Assembly: GCA_963977445.1 (NCBI GenBank)
Contig: CAXBPH010000115.1
Location: 1-20,429 of the forward strand
Direction: 5' to 3'
Origin: an uncultured bacterium
Lineage (GTDB): Bacteria; Hydrogenedentota; Hydrogenedentia; Hydrogenedentales; JAEUWI01
DNA: 20,429 nt
The notes beneath the pieces were generated by a model that was given only the letters and a program-made list of their open reading frames with translations, searched no databases and was not told where the DNA came from. Of the stretch, positions 10,001 to 16,088 are shown one piece after another (positions within the stretch are counted from its first letter, which is position 1; every line of letters begins with the position of its first letter). The position numbers and the translations under genes were made by a program.

Positions 10001-13000
10001 CAACATGGCGGTAGGTGTGGAACGATAGGTGGCATATTGTTTGAGCCAACGAGCGGCACGCAGCCCCTCTTCGCCGACGGGCGCACCAATGGTGAGTCCT
10101 GCGGGCCAGTTTCCTACCCGGGGATATTCGCCGCGAATAAGCGTGTCTTCCACAATCATCCACTGACCGCGTCGGGTTGGGTCGTTCACGGGGACACCGA
10201 AGGGATGCTGCGTGATAGTCAGCAGTGACCCGGAGGTCCGGAACCGGTCCAGCAGGAAGAGGTGTCCATTCTGGAGGGTCAGTTCATTACCGTTGTTGCT
10301 GAGAATGCGGGCGCGAGCGCCGTTCTCATCAACCAACCACATACCGGAATAGTCGGCGTTTAACGCACCGTACTGTGGGTCCTCGGCGATGAATACGTAG
10401 ACGTCGTCAGAGTACGTGAATTCGCTAATCGTTGAGGTCGGTGCGTGATAATTTTGATTGGTCATGGGACCTTCGGACTGCAGGTATACCTGTCCGGTGG
10501 TACCTGCGTTCACGAAGTTTGTAAAAGCCGGCCACGTATCATAACGGGGCAGGGTGGGCTGTTCCGACGGAGAGGGGAAGAACACGGAACGGGGATCGTT
10601 CAGCTGAGCTTCCAGCGCGTCGCCGTGCAAACGGAAGGGAACGGTCTCGAAGGCGTACTGCGACGCCGTGAGGGTGTCGTCGATAAGGACACTGCGACCA
10701 AGGACGCCAACACTGCCGGTCAAACCGTCGGTAATATCACCCCAACCACCCGTGTTATAGAAATCGTAGAATCGCTGTTCCAAGATACCCAGGGGAATCA
10801 TGGAGCCGCTTTCAAAACGACCCACATCCGGATTGGCGCCATAGATGGCCGGGTCATTCCAAAGACTGTCCCAGGTCCGGTGAGATTGACGGACGCCGTC
10901 CAACGTGGAATGGGAGGCATCGGGATTTACGAAATGAGTAGCAACCAGGTCGTTCTGGTATTCCGGTTGTGCGATCAGGCCTTTGGGGGCCTGACCCATC
11001 TGAATAAATGTCTCTTTGGCATACAGGTTATTGGTGCTGTAGGTCATCACCAGATCGTGCACCTCGAAGCCGGAACGAATGGGCTTGGCGGTGTTTACGT
11101 CCTGGAATCGTTCGGTCCACCAAGGCTCGGCATCAAATACAGCATCCACGGTGGGACAGGGGTAGACGTCGGGCGGGCACAGGTAGTTTACGCGCGGATC
11201 TTCCTGGAGGTAATTGATCTCACCGCGGGTTACGCGATTGGGGTCAATGACCGTTCCGGAGGCGAAGGGGTATCCGAGATTTTCTGATGGAAGTGTGGCT
11301 CGGCTATATACATATTGGTTGTCAAACCAGATACCACCTTCCCAGTGTCCGGGCTGGGTGCCCGTACCGGAAGTGGAACCAATACGACCGGCACTCCAAC
11401 GACGGGGCTCAACGAAGACCCGTGAATCGGCACCAAGGGCCAGTCCGGTACCATCGCCAGGCACGCCGGATACGTCTGTAAATCCACTATCGGCACGCAC
11501 GGTAACCCAGAAATCGGCCTGGGAACGTCCTGTAGCCAGGGTAAGAGGATCATCGGTGGGCACACTTTCGAGCAAGCCCGTCGGGTCAGCACCCGCTGGT
11601 TCGTTGCGACGGAAACCAGACAACTGAAGACGCATTTTCCACCAGGGATCGCCGCCACCGGGAGGGAAGGGGATATATTCCCACTCCAACAAACCGGGCT
11701 CGACCACATCGGGTGATCCTGCACCGCGGGGGAACATGGGATAATCTTCGGGGAAGTTTGCGCCTCCGCTCGTATCAACGGGCACGTCAAAGATGCCGTC
11801 GTTGTCGGAGTCATGGTAGACCCATAGACCATTGAAGGCGTGATCGACATTGCGGGCCGTGGCCTGACCGCCACCGGCTTCCGCTGTCATTGTATCCAGA
11901 CCTTCGGTCGGATCGAAGCCGCCATTACCGGGTGGGCCGTAGGGGTCGCCGCCTACGTCCGTCATAATCACGTTTACTTCAGTGAGTGCTACCGAGTTAA
12001 ACGGATCGTATAGACCAAATTTGGCCGCGTGGGCGTTGATAGCGAGTACGGGCACCCAAGTTTCGAGGGCAAAAAGCTCACGAAGGTCCAACCACTCTCC
12101 GGACACCACGTCGATAAGGGAGTTGCTTACGTCCCAACGGGGCCGGACGTGTTCGCCATAGGGCGTGTAGACTTTGTTTTCATGGTTGACCCGGTTATAC
12201 ATCTGATCGGGCTGGTTGATATCCCAACCCGAGGGATCCCACACTTCAAAATTCGAGGAGTAACCCGCTTCGTCAAAGGCAAAAACCGGCTCCTGGAAGT
12301 CCGGATTGTAGGAATCCAGCAACGTTCCATCAGGATTGGTAGGACGGGGCGCGACGAAGGTATTCTGATCATACGTCGTGTCTGTGTTGAAAGGCTGCAT
12401 ACGTGCGTCCGTAACGACTACACCCAAAGAAGCACCTGAAGGCCACGAGCTGGACAGTCGCACGGCTACAATGTAGGCATTATTCGGCTCGCCACCAGCA
12501 GTTATCCATTCTCCGCGGGGAAATTTGGGGTTCGTATTGGAAGCGCGGGGAAAATCCGTGAAGGGTGAGAAACGGTCAAACTCGGCCACACTTGGATTGA
12601 AGAGGAAGTTAAGATCGTAAAAGGCATCATCAATCAAGTAATCGTAGCCACTTGGCCCGGTAACTAACTGCCCGGGCAGATCATTCACATCATCAATGAA
12701 CACCAGTCGTTGCGGCCCCGGCACCCGACCAAAAGGCATTTCATAGGGATAGCCGTGGGCATCCCACGTCACGATAGGCAGGGGGCTGTCAAAATTTTCG
12801 CCACCATACAAGAGTCCAGCATCCCAGATCAGATCGGGGGTGCCATTGGGACCACGGTCGCGGAAGATTGCAAATTCAAGGAAGTCACTTTCGCGCGGCG
12901 AGCGAGGGTTCGGGTATGCGGGATCGCCGGAGTGCAGTTCGGGCGTCATGGAGAATTGCAGATTCGTCAACACGCGCGGTGCAAAATCGGTGGCGGCATA

Positions 13001-13861
13001 GGTCATGGCAATGTGGAACAGGGGCACCCAGTCATTCAGAGGGAGCAGGCCCGCATTGTCATATTGACCCGTCAGAGACGTGGCCGTCAAGGTGGCTGTT
13101 GCTGGCGCATCGCCCGCGGTGGTCGCGGTGAGAATTTGGCTGTAGGCATATCCACTGGCTGGACAGAAGACACCTCCTTCGAATTGAAGACGGATACCAA
13201 CTTCATAGACGCCTTCTTCCAACGGAGCAATGCCTTGGTCACCGTCAAGACGAAGACGACCGTTGTTGTTGGTGGCGGCGACAAGGGCTGTCTGATTGAA
13301 GGCAAAGGTACCGTCATCTTGTGGCGTTTCGCTGCGGATATTCCAGATTACGGCCACCAGGCCCGTCAGGTTCGTCGAACCATTCAGGGTGGACACGTTG
13401 GATAGGGTGGGAGAAAAAGGTGCGGGACCCACGGCTTCCGACGCCTCTATCATATGCACGACGTTGGCGCAATTCACCTGCTTTTCATCGCCTGTAGCGG
13501 CTGCGGTGACCAATTGGGCCATCGCTATATCGTCTGCACTCGAGGCCAGGCGCAGCTTGGGATGGAGCCTTTTGGGCGTTTCCGGGTTTTCCACCGAGAC
13601 CGTGACCTTAGGCATACCCGAATTCGGGTCGCGCTGCTGCATCGGCGTAACCGTGATCAACGGTGTGTCTGCCGACGCCTCCAGCACCGCCAGCGGCGGT
13701 ATGGATGTCGCCGGCAAGGGCGTTTTTGTCGCCTCCCGCGACAAGGTCGCTTCGGGCGCTGCCGCCGCAGCTTGAGGCGTGTTTTTGTCCCACGCCGTAA
13801 TCCCAAATACCAATAGACCCATCAGGGTCAAGCCTGCCAAGGCACCGTGTTTCGTGTTCAC
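4445..13861 (-). CDS. Giant secreted acidic repeat protein with PKD domains (N-terminal 3138 aa of a frameshifted ~4,150-aa surface protein or adhesin)
   Basis: GTG start with a strong SD (GGAGGAG, about 13871..13877) and an N-terminal signal peptide (MNTKHGALAGLTLMGLLVFGITA...). It has two PKD domains with WNFGDG at 7720..7703 and 7378..7361, many DxDxDG/DxNxNG motifs, GE-repeat linkers and a large internal duplication. Confidence 0.9.
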   Translation of the reverse strand: MNTKHGALAGLTLMGLLVFGITAWDKNTPQAAAAAPEATLSREATKTPLPATSIPPLAVLEASADTPLITVTPMQQRDPNSGMPKVTVSVENPETPKRLHPKLRLASSADDIAMAQLVTAAATGDEKQVNCANVVHMIEASEAVGPAPFSPTLSNVSTLNGSTNLTGLVAVIWNIRSETPQDDGTFAFNQTALVAATNNNGRLRLDGDQGIAPLEEGVYEVGIRLQFEGGVFCPASGYAYSQILTATTAGDAPATATLTATSLTGQYDNAGLLPLNDWVPLFHIAMTYAATDFAPRVLTNLQFSMTPELHSGDPAYPNPRSPRESDFLEFAIFRDRGPNGTPDLIWDAGLLYGGENFDSPLPIVTWDAHGYPYEMPFGRVPGPQRLVFIDDVNDLPGQLVTGPSGYDYLIDDAFYDLNFLFNPSVAEFDRFSPFTDFPRASNTNPKFPRGEWITAGGEPNNAYIVAVRLSSSWPSGASLGVVVTDARMQPFNTDTTYDQNTFVAPRPTNPDGTLLDSYNPDFQEPVFAFDEAGYSSNFEVWDPSGWDINQPDQMYNRVNHENKVYTPYGEHVRPRWDVSNSLIDVVSGEWLDLRELFALETWVPVLAINAHAAKFGLYDPFNSVALTEVNVIMTDVGGDPYGPPGNGGFDPTEGLDTMTAEAGGGQATARNVDHAFNGLWVYHDSDNDGIFDVPVDTSGGANFPEDYPMFPRGAGSPDVVEPGLLEWEYIPFPPGGGDPWWKMRLQLSGFRRNEPAGADPTGLLESVPTDDPLTLATGRSQADFWVTVRADSGFTDVSGVPGDGTGLALGADSRVFVEPRRWSAGRIGSTSGTGTQPGHWEGGIWFDNQYVYSRATLPSENLGYPFASGTVIDPNRVTRGEINYLQEDPRVNYLCPPDVYPCPTVDAVFDAEPWWTERFQDVNTAKPIRSGFEVHDLVMTYSTNNLYAKETFIQMGQAPKGLIAQPEYQNDLVATHFVNPDASHSTLDGVRQSHRTWDSLWNDPAIYGANPDVGRFESGSMIPLGILEQRFYDFYNTGGWGDITDGLTGSVGVLGRSVLIDDTLTASQYAFETVPFRLHGDALEAQLNDPRSVFFPSPSEQPTLPRYDTWPAFTNFVNAGTTGQVYLQSEGPMTNQNYHAPTSTISEFTYSDDVYVFIAEDPQYGALNADYSGMWLVDENGARARILSNNGNELTLQNGHLFLLDRFRTSGSLLTITQHPFGVPVNDPTRRGQWMIVEDTLIRGEYPRVGNWPAGLTIGAPVGEEGLRAARWLKQYATYRSTPTAMLGINLIGADDLNVNSNPNISLNSITVAFWGPEFTSRDLAKLDEDGTLFSSGALIYEDTNSNGVFDGPLLNDVVVNPIFSDRILPVEAGSLEWSTSPEPINLYGKLDPVTGKFAADDMSGDGIVFTGDQYDTAAVNAFRATLSAADQARFDGLSDRAWVLTFEIANQWNLPQSDLRNGGSNGTFGDGGIGAEGEGEGEGEGEGDEDAKAISALLANATGVTWPSFWAAAPTMIDLETSNKGTNDPGLVVANALAAGGHEGDDLFVVIRTSETISAFEEFRVVIPSRLPDRSPAAEQIAGIEVLPRTYPSVGSFDKVNPDEGALSDYFSHDMLAIDVPARIVTTNLNSAAVPSTFPTSIEPGSPPGAVLGIDAALNRPDDVLGQGTSGTAGANSFTTTGATWDASNVGDWLIARYEDADEDQDGVVNPDRIEAYQITEVNGSNLTLLAGAPADGSPWAVVRNPSFLEQVIVEFYDEGADDDFDMQYDLLPLNTEDPANGLISGVSLYRDNDMHPSNTNGKFDPPVVDPITGAIEYIDLPIALDDDPKFIGLAGEPPNQVKFVFSSPGTDNLTGRDEASYVSQPRLRQVIPHVFGLANNDPEFGSDFFVVLRTSRNMTLGDDFRAAIVSWGPNTPTEPDPDNFSPDLNGPGGQREDEFDIFSEFPWGARGLGFISYFKERPEVRYWTYNKDRKRVEPTTELDHSQDDRDVRHWIRTNPNVASRTAVITSSEAPFIDFTVDRNRQSVGQPVTFKLITTSTVSRVVWNFGDGEFEDDLAPIAAAPDPENPNVDCYFYTHIYDNEGTYTVSVTVTDGNGVEDTITKVDIIQIVELPYADFQGSPTDGFLTPDPEGVLPDGLDVAFTNLSATGTEYEAIKFDWNFGDGEVSNEQNPTHRYLEEGFYTVRLQVTFRHRTTGAEVLRTIELTNYITVRPCVGGGCAGEGEGEGEGEGEGEGEGEGETDEPTADFTVTSLIRDSEALLPLNDWVPVLNLVLATDEETPARRILETLIYQIHGNPKPSDELGYVDSGGPAVSDLLEFGIFYENYSSDDEDNNNLDVGHDALLATWDAAGGGIATVDGTNGNLTYTINFIGSGTPDAPEVAIPAGPTGDNTIDGNSYIIAVRTSATWRTQLTLASTVLGATMILPDPDGTVPVDAEGLPIDTYSPNFFDGEILDEEVSYSSSFGVFDARGADDGNNTSPNINSFNHPFYFHVPTAEFSRPRWNTPGKLLSILGGETFEMRRLVAVEEWVNAININIHGTEGEHFDFYDPLIQNNRFYELDAAPVIEEVNIIMTDIGGDPYSTPGNGGFDPRAGMNGFTASSTSIVDADDRALSSDFTYNGVWLWVDENNNGVFDPPTPADGNNGVVMNGDYPLEPAFFGDEIDWEYIPFPPGGGDPWWKIKLNFGFERRNAPDDQGKIEVTPDQSFDAGDADTGDFPTTSISPDYFVVIRTDSGFKDVSQGFADGQGIQPGADFRVFVEPRRYDLEKETFVGGIYVSSMIPPLGVNFGATGSLISTWQDDSRWGVDEPWWNERTMNAKSAKPIRVGVDVHDLQLTYGSNSSFAKYTDIRFDGFSFGSGGFICYGFSGEGFGQTVFDRWMDPFGLQQGRFLNQHGIQVQAYDVVFNLQLNVAGDTEIIQSEADGLDFQYPFETAPFDDGFLDVEPRSSAIALLPTVPALPRFSTWPKALLPGQYPRLSDWADEDNRARLLIQRTDINNKHVPVLGINTVGTGDVVVNESSETFLSEITLAFWGPDFTPDDLYPLDSVGLSLDSGVLLWEDGDSGVSTVFSGGTFLNESDFDGYDESGQTFPNSDRLIPLNNAKWGSSPEFIDLDGDGTPDDMASSTTWIVPGFSN
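7133..7192 (-). repeat. (Gly-Glu)10 linker, degenerate 6-bp tandem repeat
   Basis: Ten GGN-GAR units encode GEGEGEGEGEGEGEGEGEGE between the PKD pair and repeat 2. Confidence 0.95.
7221..7812 (-). other. Two tandem PKD domains
   Basis: Domain 1 reads WNFGDG..THIYDNEGTYTVSVTVTD. Domain 2 reads ADFQGSPTDG..VAFTNLS..WNFGDG..EQNPTHRYLEEGFYTVRL..NYITV. Confidence 0.9.
7850..13048 (-). repeat. Large internal protein repeat, copy 1
   Basis: Begins LLPLNDWVP and ends near EFPWGARGLGFI...WIRT. Many colinear motifs are shared with copy 2. Confidence 0.85.
9398..9433 (-). repeat. (Glu-Gly)6 linker, degenerate 6-bp tandem repeat
   Basis: GAA GGA GAA GGC GAG GGC GAA GGA GAA GGA GAA GGG on the minus strand. 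Confidence 0.95.
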
Positions 13862-13882
13862 GTTAAAACTCTCCTCCGGCGG

Positions 13883-13924
13883 AAAAGTAAGACATCCCGT
13901 TATCGCGCTGCGCGATCGGGCTGT
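13883..13924 (-). terminator. Possible leader terminator/attenuator hairpin just upstream of the giant gene's RBS
   Basis: The minus strand reads ACAG-CCCG-ATCGCG-CAG-CGCGAT-AA-CGGG-ATGT followed by CTTACTTTT. The stem is bulged and the U-tract imperfect. Confidence 0.35.
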
Positions 13925-14113
13925 AACATCGCTCGGTTATAAACGGTTTCACCTGCATTCTGCAACATCGCGGCAGAAAGAGGCGCGCCCGGCATGGGCT
14001 TCCCTCCCAACCGGGTTCGAGACCGATATCGGCGTACAAAGACACCCCGACAGGTGGCAACGATACTTCATAGGTTGCAAAACCATAAATTTCCCCAATT
14101 TGTTGTCCCGTTG

Positions 14114-14142
14114 TTTATAGCACAGCCCAGCATGCGTGTCAA
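14114..14142 (-). promoter_or_regulatory. Sigma70-type promoter for the giant protein gene
   Basis: Minus-strand TTGACA (14142..14137), a 17-bp spacer and TATAAA (14119..14114), with an extended -10 TG (TGCTATAAA). Confidence 0.8.
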
Positions 14143-14231
14143 TAGTAAAACTTGCTGCAATTCCCGATGGCACCATAAGTTAGGGCCACTTCGCGGGCCC
14201 CTCGGTCGTCAGTATTCGTGCTTTTTGTCAA

Positions 14232-16088
14232 TTAATTACCGCTGCCGGTGCGTTTCGGCTGAGGGCGGATTCCCGCCACAACCTGTTGCACCGCCTCAAT
14301 CAATGTCTGTCGAACACGGAACACACCATCCCGCGCCGAAGTACGGGCGAAACGCTGTTGATCCATATCAGGTACTACGGATCCGATAGTGAGCGGTCCC
14401 ACCACTTCGGGTGCACCGTCAGCTTCTACGGGACTCAAGGTCGCCCCGAAGGTGAAACGAGGCGCGTCAAATCCATAGGGATTTTCGGCACCTTCGTCGA
14501 TCTTCTCCACACCCACAAACTCCAAGTCAACTATAGCTGACATGAGACGTTCGGCGTCACGCTGGTTGGGCATGTGTTGCCCTTCGGGCGAAGTTACCAA
14601 CCAACGGTCATGAATTTTTTCGAGGGTATAGGCGGTTTCATTAAAGGTGAAATCCAAGCGGTTGGCCCGTGTACGGTCAAAACTCAGCAACCTCCGATTC
14701 CGGAAGGCCTGGGGGCCGTTCAGCAGGAATAAGATCTGATCCTCCGGTAATGAGGCGACCTCGCCGGTGTCCGACACCACGTAGTAATGTCCTTCAACGT
14801 CGGCCGCAGCCACCAGGCGAATCTCAATGGGCTCGGGATCGTCTGCCGAGGTGAGCTTCAGGGTAATCTCTGGCGAATTCAGGCCATATTCGGCGGGCTC
14901 CCCTGGATAGAAGCGGTTACCCTCGAGCATCTTGATGGCACTGATAAATTGAGAAACGAAAAACTGGCTGGTCACGTCCAGATTCGGATCCATCATTTTC
15001 CACTCACCAGTTTCCGTTAAGGCCAAATCATAGTGAAAATCCGCTGCAGTCGCTTCAATGCGATTCAGCTTCTTGGCACGGGTAAACAGCCGTCGTTCCC
15101 GAAAGGCATTGGGGCTCCGGGGAAAGAGGGTCACGATATGGCCATCCACCTGAAAGACCGACGACTGACCATCCTTGCGCACGTAGACACCACCTTCACC
15201 TTCAGAAGTAATGGCGCCAAAATAGAAGGTCTGGGGGTAACCCGCGGCGGAATCCACCAGGGTCAGGCGATTCACACCAGGCTCGAGACCATAGTCGGCG
15301 TAGGATTCCGGGGCGTCGATATAGCTCCGGCCACGGGCATGTTGTATTTCTGCGGCCAGGTCATTGACCGCCTCCTGGTTCGCGGCCACGTGGATGGGCG
15401 ACGTCTGTCGCCAGGGGCTTTCGGCGTTATCACGTTCCACAACGAGTACCGACGATTCCTCGCCCGCCCGCTCCGGCTCACCCTTGCGCTCCGCCTCTTC
15501 TATGCTCATGATGCGGGCATATTCCAGACGGAGCAGGGGCGCAGTGTCGTCATCCACCACAAAGCCATGACGCAACAGATCCAGAGGACGGTCCAGCGCG
15601 AAGAAAGCATCTTTGTGGACGAGGAAAATTCCCCCGTCGTCGATCTGGGCGTAGCGATAGGTCTGGGTGGGCTCCAGGTAGCCAAATTTCATTACATGAT
15701 CCGTCCCCGCCACTTCGGCCGTAACGGTCAATCGGGGTATGTTCAGTCCATAGGTTTCCAGATCGGTGGCTTCCTTGGGCAGAGACCGTTCGTCTTTGAG
15801 CTCGGCTACCTTGGTCGCTACGTCATTCCAGAGGCGTTCAAAGGGGCGGATATCGGGGTTGGGCTCTACTATCGTCCAGGAGCCATCCTCTTGACGAACA
15901 CCCACGGTGGGGGCAGCGTCCAATTGGTCGATACTGAGTTTGCGAATGGATTCCGGGGCAAAGGTGAAGACTTTCTTCGCTTCTACCGCTTGTTCTTCCA
16001 TCTCCGTATGCAACAGCTGCATCCCGAAATAGGCAAGCACAAGCAAGAGCAGCAACGCACCAAGTTGAATGGTGTGGCGGAATTTCAT
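14232..16088 (-). CDS. DUF4340 domain-containing protein (N-terminal membrane anchor, four tandem W...YGLxxP units)
   Basis: N-terminal TM helix. The units are WTIVEP..LETYGLNIP, WRQTSP..YADYGLEP, WKMMDP..AEYGLNSP and WLVTSP..NPYGFDAP. It sits in the usual position after a GldG-family gene, with an ATGA overlap. Confidence 0.85.
   Translation of the reverse strand: MKFRHTIQLGALLLLLVLAYFGMQLLHTEMEEQAVEAKKVFTFAPESIRKLSIDQLDAAPTVGVRQEDGSWTIVEPNPDIRPFERLWNDVATKVAELKDERSLPKEATDLETYGLNIPRLTVTAEVAGTDHVMKFGYLEPTQTYRYAQIDDGGIFLVHKDAFFALDRPLDLLRHGFVVDDDTAPLLRLEYARIMSIEEAERKGEPERAGEESSVLVVERDNAESPWRQTSPIHVAANQEAVNDLAAEIQHARGRSYIDAPESYADYGLEPGVNRLTLVDSAAGYPQTFYFGAITSEGEGGVYVRKDGQSSVFQVDGHIVTLFPRSPNAFRERRLFTRAKKLNRIEATAADFHYDLALTETGEWKMMDPNLDVTSQFFVSQFISAIKMLEGNRFYPGEPAEYGLNSPEITLKLTSADDPEPIEIRLVAAADVEGHYYVVSDTGEVASLPEDQILFLLNGPQAFRNRRLLSFDRTRANRLDFTFNETAYTLEKIHDRWLVTSPEGQHMPNQRDAERLMSAIVDLEFVGVEKIDEGAENPYGFDAPRFTFGATLSPVEADGAPEVVGPLTIGSVVPDMDQQRFARTSARDGVFRVRQTLIEAVQQVVAGIRPQPKRTGSGN

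Larger units (their letters stand above)
1419..13861 (-). pseudogene. Single giant surface-protein gene interrupted by a -1 frameshift near 4488 (real lesion or assembly error)
   Basis: Homology of repeat 2 to repeat 1 continues across the ORF junction with a frame switch at ...CCT GAC GAC AT|G GCC TCA. The signal peptide is only in ORF1 and the anchor only in ORF2. Confidence 0.75.

Noticed and set aside
14183..14232. Second TTGACA right after the DUF4340 stop, and hairpin GGGCC-N8-GGCCC as the operon terminator
   Set aside because: The TTGACA has no properly spaced -10 element. The hairpin is short with no real U-tract, so it is too weak to call.
13779..14389. Small ORFs in the intergenic leader (13863..14060 -, 13949..14176 -, 13779..14120 +, 13994..14389 +) as leader peptides or genes
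   Set aside because: They have weak starts, no convincing SD and no recognisable composition, and some cross the promoter or neighbouring genes.
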